NCBI GenBank assembly: GCA_950097015.1
Contig: CATNEN010000028.1
Coordinates: 930,001 to 994,000, forward strand
Reading direction: 5' to 3'
Source of the DNA: Macrostomum hystrix
Lineage: Eukaryota; Animalia; Platyhelminthes
Length of the DNA: 64,000 bases
Shown: in pieces, positions 1 through 12,582 of the stretch
How the letters are laid out: every line of letters begins with the position of its first letter
Numbering within the stretch: the first letter of the stretch is position 1
Notes under the pieces: generated by a model
What the model saw: the letters and a program-made list of their open reading frames with translations, nothing else
The model's database searches: none
Told to the model about the DNA's origin: nothing
Position numbers and translations under genes: made by a program

Positions 1-719
1 CCAAAGTGACTATAGAATATGCAGAAGTTGATGTAAACATTGAAGTCTTTGTTGATATCTGATCGGTACAGGCTTCTATAGAGATTGAAAAAAGGAATTG
101 CATTTTTGCCCAAACAAATGTCAAACACTGCAGTCAATTACCAGCTCCAGCTAATATTTATACATTTTTTTGGTAACAAAGCTTTGATTCTGCAGTTGTT
201 GGTCTGGTTGAAATTTTTGGTTGAATAGTTTTCGGTAGGTCTGACTGTGACAGCAGTCGCGCGCGCAGCTTGGGCATCGGTGCAAACCATTTTTCGTGTA
301 AACCAAACCTGTCTCCACAGCTGTGCAAGGCAGCCTCCCACTTGGGCGAACGCCCAGAAGCTTATAAACATTGCACTCAAATTGCATGCATCTGTTTGAC
401 CGGGGGGGGGAACAGCCCAACAGTTGGCACAGTTGGTCACAATGGGACGCACTCGACTGATCCCCACTCAAACTTTCGTCACCTGTCACCTGCGGCAGTC
501 AGTTGCATCGAAATTGTCAACCGCAACCGCCTCTTGCCGCATTCCAGACAGAGAGATTGCGTCACAGATGCCAGATCCACAGGAAGAGATTACCTGATAA
601 GGTGAAATTCGATTGTATGAAATTGGCTAGAGGGAATAATTTTGCATTTAAGATAAATTGAATAAATAGGATACAGCATAGCTAAATGTAGAAATTTCAA
701 AATGAGAGAACTTACTAAA

Positions 720-1290
720 CCCAATACTCCCCAACTCCGAAACTTCTCAACTCCGAAAATTCCCAACACCGAATCTTCCCAACTCCGAATCTTCCGAAGT
801 CAGAAACTTCCAAAATTTGAATCTTTCAAACTCCGAAACTCCCGAACTCCGAAACTTCCCAACTCCGAATCTTCCAAAATCCGAATCTTCCAAAATCCGC
901 AACTTCCGAAATCCGAAACTTCTCAAATCCGCAGCTTCCTAAATCCTCCGAAGCTTCCGAAATCCTCCGAAGCTTCCGAAATCCTCCGAAGATTCCGAAA
1001 TCCTCCGAATCTTCCCAAATCCGAATCTTCCCGAATCCGAATCGTCCCAAATCCGAATCTTTCCAAATCCGAATCTTCCCAAATCCGAATCTTCCCAAAT
1101 CCGAATCTTCCCAAATCCGAATCTTCCCAAATCCGAATCTTCCCAATTCCGAATCTTCCCATTTCGGAATCTTCCCAAATCCGAATCTTCCCAAATCCGA
1201 ATCTTCCCAATTCCGAATCTTCCCATTTCCGAATCTTCCCAAATCTGAAGCTTGCTCAATCAGAAACTTCCGAAATCGAAAAATTCAGAT
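720..1290. repeat. Degenerate 16-bp minisatellite (CCGAATCTTCCCAAAT)
   Basis: The unit recurs directly, most regularly at 1000-1240. It has no stop codon in any frame, which explains the overlapping ORFs 702..1298 and 826..1259. Confidence 0.9.
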
Positions 1291-1773
1291 GTCTCTGATT
1301 TCTAGCTTCCTAATTCGATTCTAAAAATAACGAATCCGAAGATAAAAACATCCCAAACTTAAAATCGAAATGAAAGCGCCAGGAACTTGCATTCTTTCAG
1401 TCTCCTCAGTTAAGCATACTGCCAAATTGCTGGGGGCCAAGTTATTGTTAGCAGATGTTCACTTTGGCGATCTACAAGGTTAAGCCAATTTGCAGCTTTA
1501 GTGCTGACAATTTGACATCTGGCAGGGGGGAATCAGGGACCTCTCGATGCCCTAATATCATTTACAGCTCAAGCTACTTACGCTTGTTAGTGCTTCAAGG
1601 TGAAAAATCTGGTTTATTTTTTACTGCCCATTTTTTAGGTTCCGCCAATCCCCGAGCATTGCTTCGATGGCTAGGGCTTCAGTCTGATGCGATTTGAAAT
1701 TTCAGAATAATTTTCTACTATCAGTTTCATTTGCATCCTGAAATCTGATGGAGGTTGACTAACAGTCAAGATG

Positions 1774-2300
1774 GGCAGCCTGGTGTCTTTAGAGGCAGCC
1801 TGATGTCTTTAGAGGCAGCCTGGTGTCTTTAGAGGCAGCCTGATGTCTTTAGAGGCAGCCTGGTGTCTTTAGAGGCAGCCTGGTGTCTTTAGAGGCAGCC
1901 TGGTGTCTTTAGAGGCAGCCTGGTGTCTTTAGAGGCAGCCTGGTGTCTTTAGAGGCAGCCTGGTGTCTTAAGAGGCAGCCTGATGTCTTTAGAGGCAGCC
2001 TGGTGTCTTAAGAGGCAGCCTGATGTCTTTATAGGCAACCTGAAGTATTTATAGGCAACCTGAAGTATTTGGAGGCAGCCTGAAGTATTTGGAGGCAACC
2101 TGAAGTATTTAGAGGCAGCCTGAAGTATTTGGAGGCAGCCTGAAGTATTTGGAGGCAGCCTGAAGTATTTGGAGGCAGCCTGAAGTATTTGGAGGCAGCC
2201 TGAAGTATTTGGAGGCAGCCTGAAGTATTTGGAGGCAACCTGAAGTATTTGGAGGCAACCTGAAGTATTTGGAGGCAGCCTGAAGTATTTGGAGGCTGCA
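1774..2300. repeat. 20-bp minisatellite, two sub-arrays (GCCTGGTGTCTTTAGAGGCA then GCCTGAAGTATTTGGAGGCA)
   Basis: Period 20 read directly; the unit switches near 2030. Confidence 0.95.
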
Positions 2301-2339
2301 TGAGGTCTGTGTCTTTTAGCCTGAAGATCGTGTAATGCA

Positions 2340-3209
2340 ACCTGAAGTCCGTGTGATGTAGCCTGAAGTCTGTATGATGTAGCCTGAAGTCTGTATGATG
2401 TAGCCTGAAGTCTGTATGATGTAGCCTGAAGTCTGTATGATGTAGCCTGAAGTCTGTATGATGTAGCCTGAAGTCTGTATGATGTAGCCTGAAGTCTGTA
2501 TGATGTAGCCTGAAGTCTGTATGATGTAGCCTGAAGTCTGTGTGATGTAGCCTGAAGTCTGTATGATGTAGCCTGAAGTCTGTATGATGTAGCCTGAAGT
2601 CTGTATGATGTAGCCTGAAGTCTGTATGATGTAGCCTGAAGTCTGTATGATGTAGCCTTAAGTCTGTATGATGTAGCCTGAAGTCTGTATGATGTAGCCT
2701 GAAGTCTGTATGATGTAGCCTGAAGTCTGTATGATGTAGCCTGAAGTCTGTATGATGTAGCCTGAAGTCTGTATGATGTAGCCTGAAGTCTGTATGATGT
2801 AGCCTGAAGTCTGTGTGATGTAGCCTGAAGTCTGTATGATGTAGCCTGAAGTCTGTATGATGTAGCCTGAAGTCTGTATGATGTAGCCTGAAGTCTGTAT
2901 GATGTAGCCTGAAGTCTGTATGATGTAGCCTGAAGTCTGTATGATGTAGCCTGAAGTCTGTATGATGTAGCCTGAAGTCTGTATGATGTAGCCTGAAGTC
3001 TGTATGATGTAGCCTGAAGTCTGTATGATGTAGCCTGAAGTCTGTATGATGTAGCCTGAAGTCTGTATGATGTAGCCTGAAGTCTGTATGATGTAGCCTG
3101 AAGTCTGTATGATGTAGCCTGAAGTCTGTATGATGTAGCCTGAAGTCTGTGTGATGTAGCCTGAAGTCTGTGTGATGTAGCCTGAAGTCTGTATGATGTA
3201 GCCTGAAGT
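2340..3209. repeat. 21-bp minisatellite (GCCTGAAGTCTGTATGATGTA)
   Basis: About 40 near-perfect copies; shares GCCTGAAGT with the adjacent 20-bp array. Confidence 0.95.
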
Positions 3210-4394
3210 TCTCTCCCTTAAGTCTAGAAGGAAAGGAACAGGAAGACTAGACTGACAGAAGAAGAGAAATGCAATATTCTTAGATGCAAGAATGTAAAAA
3301 AAGCTAATCGCCTAGAAGAAAATTTGAGTCAACCATGTGAGACCATTTCTGCTTTTAAGCACATCCCTCACTAAAGAATCAGACAAAGACACCCAATGTT
3401 GTCGATTTCGAGATGAAACACAAGACTATCATTTTACCTCGTTATTGCAATGTACCCAGCCCCTCCACGCTGGACTTGGCTAGAAAAGCAGTCTTTGCTC
3501 TTAAGAAAGGAACAATTTCACATGTCAGCCTCCCGAGCGTCATCAACCACAGCTGAGCTTATCAGGTGACTCAACAGGCTTGAAATTCAATCCCCAACTC
3601 TCTCATCCCATAGAACGAATCGCGTGATTGGCGCCAACATCTTCAAGTGGCAAATTGTCTGCCCCCGTCCCCCAGAATGGGGAAACTAAATCCCTCAAAA
3701 TGGAGACTCGAACAATATATCCCATTTCTTATAGGCGGCCTTAGGCAATCGATTGAATGGGATCATTAATTTAGGCCTACTCCCTAATGAGTGGTGAGTG
3801 GTGTGTGTGTGTGTTCTTTACTCACTTCACCAGTATTTTTACCACGCAATTTTTTCGAAACGAAACAACAGTCAAGTATTATCTCCTCATGTATGTATTT
3901 GATCTACAATGGTAGAATATATTAGATCTATTTTGTTTATTTGTTGATTGTGTCAGTGCGATTGAATCGAAGCGGCGAATGTACACAAACTGAGAGTGAA
4001 CGACTGCTTAAATAAACTGGATCGCTCTCAACTAAGCAATCGCTTATTTTGGAATTGTACTAACAAAAACCGTCGTTGTTATGGCGAGAGAGTCGGCTAC
4101 GAGATTGCTCAATCGGGGATCAAAGTCAAGTGAAATCTTATCTGCGGTGAGTTTTAAGGATGACGCTATTTAATAGGACTTGCCTATTGCAGAAATCATT
4201 GACAAACTGAAATTTATCGCTTTTATCTTCTGAAGGCAACGAGGATACGTGTCGCACTGACAATGGGTTCTATTGTGCCAACTTTCTCATCTAAGTCTGC
4301 CCTCTAACCTGTTCTTCCACCAACTCCGCACCTGTTTACCTCCCTTGCCCCTGACTCCTTTCTCACATTTCTACATTTCGCTCCCACCTACTCA

Positions 4395-6035
4395 CAATCT
4401 CTCCCCTGTCTCATCTCTCCCGTGTCTAATCTCTCCCGTGTCTCATCTCTCCTGTGTCTAATCTCTCCCGTGTCTAATCTCTCCCCTGTCTCATCTCTCC
4501 CGTGTCTAATTTCTCCCGTGTCTAATCTCTCCCGTGTCTAATCTCTCCCGTGTCTAATCTCTCCCCTGTCTCATCTCTCCCGTCTCATCTCTCTCGTGTC
4601 TAATCTCTCCTGTGTCTAATCTCTCCCGTGTCTAATCTCTCCCGTGTCTAATCTCTTCTGCCTATCTCATCTCTCTCCCGTGTCTAATCTCTCGCGTGCC
4701 TCATCTCTCCCGTGTCTAATCTCTCGCGTGCCTCATCTCTCCCGTGTCTAATCTCTCCCGTGTCTAATCTCTCTCGTGTCTAATCTCTCCCCTGTCTCAT
4801 CTCTCCCGTCTCATCTCTCCCGTGTCTAATCTCTCCCGTGTCTAATCTCTCCCGTGTCTAATCTCTCCCGTGTCTAATCTCTCTCGTGTCTAATCTCTCC
4901 CCTGTCCATCTCTCCCGTCTCATCTCTCCCGTGCCTCATCTCTCCCGTGTCTAATCTCTCCCGTGTCTAATCTCTCCTGTGTCTAATCTCTCCAGTGTCT
5001 AATCTCTCCCGTGTCCCATCTCTTCTGCCTATCTCATCTCTCTCCCGTGTCTAATCTCTCCCGTGCCTCATCTCTCCCGTGTCTAATCTCTCCCGTGTCT
5101 AATCTCTCCCCTGTCTAATCTCTCCCCTGTCTAATCTCTCCCCTGTCTAATCTCTCCCCTGTCTAATCTCTCCCCTGTCTAATCTCTCCCCTGTCTAATC
5201 TCTCCCCTGTCTAATCTCTCCCCTGTCTAATCTCTCCCCTGTCTAATCTCTCCCCTGTCTAATCTCTCCCGTGTCTAATCTCTCCCGTGTCTAATCTCTC
5301 CCCTGTCTAATCTCTCCCCTGTCTAATCTCTCCCGTGTCTAATCTCTCCCGTGTCTAATCTCTCCCCTGTCTAATCTCTCCCCTGTCTAATCTCTCCCGT
5401 GTCTAATCTCTCCCGTGTCTAATCTCTCCCGTGTCTAATCTCTCCCCTGTCTAATCTCTCCCCTGTCTAATCTCTCCCCTGTCTAATCTCTCCCCTGTCT
5501 AATCTCTTCCGTGTCTAATCTCTCCCGTGTCTAATCTCTCCCCTGTCTAATCTCTCCCCTGTCTAATCTCTCCCGTGTCTAATCTCTCCCGTGTCCCATC
5601 TCTTCTGCCTATCTCATCTCTCTCCCGTGCCTCATCTCTCTCCCGTGTCTAATCTCTCCCGTGTCTAATCTCTCCCGTGTCTAATCTCTCCCCTGTCTAA
5701 TCTCTCCCCTGTCTAATCTCTCCCGTGTCTAATCTCTCCCGTGTCTAATCTCTCCCCTGTCTAATCTCTCCCGTGCCTCATCTCTCTCCCGTGTCTAATC
5801 TCTCCCCTGTCTAATCTCTCCCCTGTCTAATCTCTCCCGTGTCTAATCTCTCCCGTGTCTAATCTCTCCCCTGTCTAATCTCTCCCGTGTCTAATCTCTC
5901 CCGTGTCCCATCTCTTCTGCCTATCTCATCTCTCTCCCGTGCCTCATCTCTCTCCCGTGTCTAATCTCTCCCGTGTCTAATCTCTCCCCTGTCTAATCTC
6001 TCCCCTGTCTAATCTCTCCCGTGCCTCATCTCTCT
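4395..6035. repeat. 16-bp pyrimidine-rich minisatellite (GTCTAATCTCTCCC[G/C]T)
   Basis: Direct tandem repetition with interspersed variant units. Confidence 0.95.
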
Positions 6036-6840
6036 TTTATCGCACTTATCACGTGTCTCTGTTATTTTTTTCCCTCAGTACGCTCGTACGCCAGCCTTTT
6101 CCCCTCTGCTTTGCTTCTAACCTGTACGTTAGAGTTCTTCCCGTCGATTCGGTTAAATTGTGAGATGCTCCACGAAGAAACACTGCAATTTAAATTTTTG
6201 TTTTAGTCGAAATCAACTCTAAAGAGCGTTGAAAAAGCAAATTTAGATTTATTTGCTGACAGAAAAAAGCAAAAAGAGCTAAAAAACGCCTTTGCTGCAA
6301 ATGATACAGACTACTCAGTAGCTATTGTGAGTAGTAAGCGGGGAGCACAGCTTTCCAACTCGATAGAAATCGGTATTTCAGCCGAGTTCAATTTAAGAGT
6401 CATACAAAAAAAGTAAACAAATTATTTTCACAGAAAAAGCGGCTACAATTGAAAAGTGTTATTTTAATTGAAAAAAAACTCCTACAAATACGCATAAGTA
6501 CTAATATTAGTACTACAGTTCATTACAGACTCAATGCACCAAATGTAAAAGAAACTATTTTAAATCTTAAAAAAATCGGAAAATTTCGTGAATAAATGAC
6601 AATGCCGATAAAAATGTTACAGCAAACACGTCAGCTCCTACTGCTCAGCAGTAGATAGTAGTGCGATGAGATGCATGTTTAACTTTTTTATGGAAAAATT
6701 AGAATGCCGAAATCACTATTTTCTAAATTGTCGTATAATTAATAATCAGAGGTACGCGCATTGAGATGAGAATGCCATGAGATGAGAAGCAAACACCATG
6801 CCAAATAGTTTGAGATCAAAACAATTTAAGTTTAATAAGA

Positions 6841-7706
6841 AGATCCCAGATCCTCAGATCCCAGATCGTCAGATCCCAGATCGTCAGATCCCAGATCGTC
6901 AGATCCCAGATCGTCAGATCCCAGATCGTCAGATCCCAGATCGTCAGATCCCAGATCGTCAGATCCCAGATCCTCAGATCCCAGATCGTCAGATCCCAGA
7001 TCGTCAGATCCCAGATCGTCAGATCCCAGATCGTCAGATCCCAGATCGTCAGATCCCAGATCCTCAGATCCCAGATCCTCAGATCCCAGATCCTCAGATC
7101 CCAGATCCTCAGATCCCAGATCCTCAGATCCCAGATCCTCAGATCCCAGATCCTCAGATCCCAGATCCTCAGATCCCAGATCCTCAGATCCCAGATCCTC
7201 AGATCCCAGATCCTCAGATCCCAGATCCTCAGATCCCAGATCCTCAGATCCCAGATCCTCAGATCCCAGATCCTCAGATCCCAGATCCTCAGATCCCAGA
7301 TCCTCAGATCCCAGATCCTCAGATCCCAGATCCTCAGATCCCAGATCCTCAGATCCCAGATCCTCAGATCCCAGATCCTCAGATCCCAGATCCTCAGATC
7401 CCAGATCCTCAGATCCCAGATCCTCAGATCCCAGATCCTCAGATCCCAGATCCTCAGATCCCAGATCCTCAGATCCCAGATCCTCAGATCCCAGATCCTC
7501 AGATCCCAGATCCTCAGATCCCAGATCCTCAGATCCCAGATCCTCAGATCCCAGATCCTCAGATCCCAGATCCTCAGATCCCAGATCCTCAGATCCCAGA
7601 TCCTCAGATCCCAGATTCTCAGATCCCAGATCCTCAGATCCCAGATTCTCAGATCCCAGATCCTCAGATCCCAGATTCTCAGATCCCAGATCCTCAGATC
7701 CCAGAT
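6841..7706. repeat. 15-bp minisatellite (AGATCCCAGATC[C/G]TC)
   Basis: About 57 near-perfect copies; source of the IPDPQ and LRIWD ORFs. Confidence 0.97.
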
Positions 7707-7780
7707 AACCAAATCCTCAGAAATTTGGGGTCCAAAACATCAGTTTTTTCGAATTTCCAGTCCAGATCCCCTTTAACTCT

Positions 7781-9321
7781 TCAGACTCGCACATTGCGTA
7801 GCCGAGCAAGCCGCAGCTCTCGCTCGAGCATCTCCAAGTCGTCATAATACCTGCCGTAGTAGTACGGGTAGTAATGCGAATAATAGGGATAATAATAGTA
7901 GGGATAATAGTAGGGCCTGTACGGCCGGTAGGGCGAGCCGCTGCGCCGCAAAGTGTCGGCGACTCGTTCGTGTAGGCCGGACGAAGTCAGGTTGGGGTAG
8001 CGCTCAGCCAGGCTCGGTCGAGACGGCGAAGGCGATGGTGACGGAGAACGCGGACGGGCCGGCGCCGTGGCCGACGTTGAACGACGCAAATCGGCTGCCG
8101 AGCGACTTCGCCGGATGCGGCCGCCACCGCCGCTGCTGCCGCCGACAGTTCCGCTTTTCGCCTTCGTCTCTCCGAAGTTATCGTGAAACATCGGCGTGCG
8201 GCCAACCAGCGAGTTCTCTACTCGGCGAACAACAAACGGCGGCCGACCGTTCGACATCGCCGCGGACGATTTCGCCGTCCTGGTTGACGGCTCGTCGAGA
8301 TCATCGCAGAGGGCCTTCAGGCGAGGACTCGGCGAGCGCGAACGCATCGCTGCGGCCAGGGTCTGCCTCTCGTAGTTGTTTGACCCAGCGCCGCCGCCGC
8401 CGCTGCCACCATTACCTGACTGTCTTGATTTTCGAGATCTGGATCGCGACCGCGACCGGCGTCCACCTTCGACTCCAACGGAGCCGTTGGTGGTGGACAG
8501 CAGCCCGCCGCCTGGCAGCAGCTCCTCGATGGCGGCGTAGGTGGCGAACTCCAGCCTGGGCGGAACTCCGGGGAAGTCAACGGTGCGGGTCATGAGGAGG
8601 TCGCGAGTTGCCGAGTGGCTGGTCCGACCGGCCAGGGGACCAAAGAAGTCGCGACAGTTGGTCTCATGATAGGCCAGGAGGCAACCGCCCAAGTAGATAT
8701 CGGTCACCTGTTAAAGTAGCGAGAGGTTGAGATCTAGCCATGTGAGGGATGTTTTCAGCTCTTGTAGATACCGACATTATATAGACGCTGTCGGGGTTGA
8801 GGTCGGGGGTTCGATTCCCGACTTCAACTGGAACAATTTGAGTCCCTTAGCAATACTTTAAAACTCTGCTTAAAGCAATGCTTTATTTCTCTCAGAAATT
8901 GTGTTGGGGGTACTTGAGGTTTTGTGGCGTTCCCTTTCCCCCAGTCCATGGACAGAACAGCGCAGCTTTCAGATGCGCCACGCAATAGCTGGGGCTGTGC
9001 TGTGGGCTGTATAATCAATTATTATTTCAATTATTAAAATATACGCTAACAAACCTGTCTGAGCTCCAATGTCACTGGCGCGTCAGCCAGAAGGTCGGCC
9101 ACCACAAAGGCGTCCTCGGCCGTCCAGAAGATTCTTTCAAACTGGAAGCGCTCGCGCACGCACAATGGGAAGGCGGCCTCGAGTAGGCGAGTTCGCTTAG
9201 CTTGACCGAAGACCACCACAACCAGGAATAGGTCGTCACGGATTGGCAGACGAGTGCCAGGCGATGAGACAACATCCAGCGTCAGCTCTAAGGTGCATTT
9301 GAATCCGCCGGCGCTAGACAT
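7781..9321 (-). CDS. SPATA6: Spermatogenesis-associated protein 6-like; join(complement 9055..9321, 7781..8707), ~397 aa
   Basis: The N-terminus (FKCTLELTLDVVSSPG...DDLFLVVVVFGQ...FPL...FQFERIF...TLELRQ|VTD...LAYHETNCRDFF...TRDLLMTRTVDFPGVPPRLEF) matches the SPATA6 N-terminal domain pattern from memory. A GT..AG intron at 8708-9054 joins the exons in phase 0. Confidence 0.85.
8785..8870 (+). mobile_element. Truncated tRNA-derived SINE inside the SPATA6 intron
   Basis: B-box GGTTCGATTCC at 8808-8818, followed by GACTTCAACTGGAACAA...CTTAGCAA, similar to the copy at 18393. Confidence 0.55.
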
Positions 9322-11369
9322 TGTTCCGCTGCGGAGTAGTTGCGGTTGTAATTATGTTTCTCAGTTTTTTTTGTTTACCGAATCCTTTTTATTGAAATAA
9401 TTAGATTTTTCCTAAACTCATTGTGTACTTCCGTGGTATTTACCGCTGGATATGAAATTATGATAAAATCCCTGCCATTTATTTATAAAACGTGTTACTA
9501 CGCCGTGTCAAAAATTATAAGAAGCTCGTTTGCAAAAGAGAATATTAAAATTATCATAAATATTTTTTGTGTTCTATGGTTAATTTTTTAAATAATCTTA
9601 TATAAATGACAATATAGTAATTAGTATACTAATATGTTGATTACTATGCCTATATATCCGTTTCTGTTTCAAGTTTAGGTCTAAACCAACTTTAAATTAG
9701 TTCTAACATACATATAAAAATATTATATGATAAAAACTTTCTATAAGTTCTATAAGTATAAAACTTGCTTTCTATAAATAAATGCAACAATTAGGAACCG
9801 GCCAGGGGACCAAAGAATAACAAAGCATATAAGAAAGCATAACAACAGAGGAAACAATACGAAAATATGTAAGCCAATATCAAGCGTGCTAATTTATATC
9901 TATCTGGATAAAATAATAAATAAAGATATCCGCACCACAAATTAAACAAGTCTATATATATGAGTCATACAGTCATACGGCTAATAAAGTTAAACTCAAG
10001 CGCAACTTTAATGATAGTGATAACTGTGTGTGGAAAAATTTACACAAGATACATAGTTTTCTTTGGCCAAACTCAATTAATATACACACTGGGGCTGACC
10101 AAAATGTTGTAAAAAGAATAAGGTTCTAAAATACAGGGAAATCGAAATGATCACGATGCCCAATAATGAAAGAACGTCCTGTCAGAATGGATGCTCCAAC
10201 TTCCGTTATATTAATAATCTTACGGAAAAGGTAAGTCAGAGATCTATTAAAAAATCTGAAGTCAGTTGGTTGTCAGGTGACAAAATGAAATTAATTTTCT
10301 AAATAACATTAAAGTTCTAGTTATTATTAAAATATAATTTCTAGTATTTTACGGCGTTCAAATTAAAATATTTTGTTACTCTCTTGTTTTAGGAGCTACT
10401 AATTTGTTTAAAAGAAATCACGAGCATTCCGTACATGATTGTGGGAAAGCAATCTTTCATATCGATGATATGAGAAGTGTAGTTGAAAAAAATGTGTTTC
10501 AATCGTAGAGACCATCATTACTGAAACATTAGCGTGAATTAATTTAGGGTTTAAAACCAAAGTTTTCGATGTCTTTAATTAAATCCTATATGATGGAAAA
10601 AAAACTAGAAAAAAGTGAACCTTAAAAAGCAGGAAGCATTTCCTACCCTTCCGAAGCTAAAAACGCGCATATCTTCAAAATATGTACCCCAAACGCTCAC
10701 TAACGATGAATATAAATAGAAGTTCATGCCGAGAATCTTAATATTTCTTATTTTTTTTAGGAAATTCCTGCATATAAATAATCCAATGAGCGACAATTTA
10801 TTCGGAAAATTATATGGTTGTTTTTGCTTGATCGGAAAGTAGTATATTAGACTATGAAATTTTTTCGTAACAGGACCGTCATAGCTTAAAATGTAATTTT
10901 AAAATAGTATATGTATCCAGATCTGTTTCTCGTAGATTAATTCAAGCAAAAAAGCGGAAAGGAAATTTCTAGCGCGCTGATATGTACAGAGAGTTCGAAT
11001 CTATAGCTGTACATGTTTTACAATTTTTGCGAAGGAATAGCTACGAGCAAATCTTTACGTCGGTGCAATTCAAAATAGCGACGAAGGCCTATCTAATTAT
11101 TTAGGTGCAGGTAATAAATATCATGGTGTCAAATTTCATATATAGCTAATTCGTAACGTTGGGAGAGGATCTTAGAAAGTTTTAATTGACTTTATCATAG
11201 AAATATACCCACTTAAAAAGAAACAGAAGCTGACATCTAACATGACAGCTGCTTTAACAGCATCTCACGTATCAAATCCATTATAAAAAAGGGCATACTG
11301 GCGATCAAAATAATTCGCAATTGAAAGCCCAGTACACGCCACGATTGCACTAAGCAGATTGTTAAATAT

Positions 11370-11981
11370 TCATTCGCAATAGACCCAGAAGGCGGTGGCG
11401 CTCGCTCTGAATGTGGGCCTGTCGAGCGAGCCGGTCACAAAGTCGTCGGTCATGGAGTCGGTCACGGAACGAGAGGCCAGCTGCAGCATCTGCTCGCACT
11501 TCTGGGCGATGGTCACGTGGACGATGATCTTGTAGCGAGGACAGTTGAAGTTGTTCTTCATCCTGCGCTTCACATCCTCCGAGACCATCTTGGCCAACTT
11601 AGGACAGGCCTTCGGGTCGTACTTGGACTCGCCGAGGAAGAACTTCAGGCTGTTGTCGACGATCTGGCGCACCTCGGCCGGCGGGAACTTCTTGGTCGAG
11701 TCCGGCTCCAGGCGGTACGTGTTCTCCATCTTCTTGACGGGCCGGTTCCGCCGCTGCCTCGCCCGGATGTCGCCGATTCGCTTCTTGAGCATCATGAGAG
11801 TCGCCAGGCTCGGCTGCTTCGGTCGAGGCGTCCCGCTGGCTGCTGCCGCCTTCGGCTTGACCGGTGCCTCGTCTCCGTGCTGAGCATCTGGCGACCCCTT
11901 GCCGGCGGCGAGTGTCGGCCTCTGCAGCTGGCTGGGACTCGGCGCCGACACCGTCGAGATTCGCTTCTTGTTGCTGCTCAT
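11370..11981 (-). CDS. TCTEX1D1: Tctex1-domain dynein light chain, 203 aa, intronless (left copy)
   Basis: Motifs MENTYRLEP...KFP, YDPKAC..L.K..SE.VK, PRYKIIVHVTIAQK..Q and SR...D..TDDF are typical of the Tctex-1 domain with a basic N-terminal extension. The exact subfamily (TCTEX1D1/TCTE3/D4) is uncertain. Confidence 0.88.
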   Translation of the reverse strand: MSSNKKRISTVSAPSPSQLQRPTLAAGKGSPDAQHGDEAPVKPKAAAASGTPRPKQPSLATLMMLKKRIGDIRARQRRNRPVKKMENTYRLEPDSTKKFPPAEVRQIVDNSLKFFLGESKYDPKACPKLAKMVSEDVKRRMKNNFNCPRYKIIVHVTIAQKCEQMLQLASRSVTDSMTDDFVTGSLDRPTFRASATAFWVYCE

Positions 11982-12138
11982 CGCTCAAACGCAGGCTGAG
12001 CAGGTCAGTTCGAGTTTGATTACAGAACCCACTCTGAATGAGAAATGCTCAATGTGGCACTATCTTACTAAACGCAGCTTTTGTGACAATTGGTATGTCT
12101 GAAATTCGCTGCTTCAGTTTAGTGCGGGCACGCTAACC

Positions 12139-12152
12139 GTTGCCATGGCTAC
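12139..12152. promoter_or_regulatory. RFX X-box upstream of the left Tctex gene
   Basis: GTTGCCATGGCTAC has one mismatch to the palindromic X-box GTTGCCATGGCAAC and lies ~160 bp upstream of a ciliary gene's ATG. Confidence 0.65.
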
Positions 12153-12582
12153 CCACTGTCTTATCAGCTGTTTTAGCCTAGAAATCGGGAGTGAGCCGAA
12201 ATTTTCAGAACAAGCACAGCACACAATCAATGAGACTTGAGTTGCATACTGGCTGAGTCCTGCGCTCTCATTTCCTAAAACACTGCCATTAAGCAAGTGA
12301 GTGGTGTCAGCCTTTAGTACACTTTTTAGTTGCCTTGTGCCACTTACAAGTGTTATTGCGGTGACTATCAACTCTTACAAATTTGATCAATAGAGCCTTA
12401 AGTGCAAAAACAGCTCACCAGAAAAAAACTGGTACAATTTTCAAAGGTGCCGCAAAAAAGAAAACTGATATTTACGCTTCAAGAAAACAAATCTGAAAAG
12501 AATCTGAAATATAGTTCAATGGTCGACCAGACGCTCAGGACAATGTTTACTATAAAAGTACACGATGCGAATGTTGAATCCA

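Noticed and set aside
60-620. Cys-rich short ORFs at the window start
   Set aside because: No recognisable domain or splice structure; cannot be supported without upstream context.
702-1298. 198-aa ORF and overlapping antisense ORFs
   Set aside because: Produced by a 16-bp unit with no stop in any of the six frames; no domain.
3280-3780. Possible decayed coding fragment on the minus strand
   Set aside because: Multiple stops in all frames and only a vague motif resemblance.
6816-7712. LRIWD-repeat ORF resembling WD or pentapeptide repeats
   Set aside because: It is a translation of a near-perfect 15-bp DNA repeat with no synonymous variation pattern.
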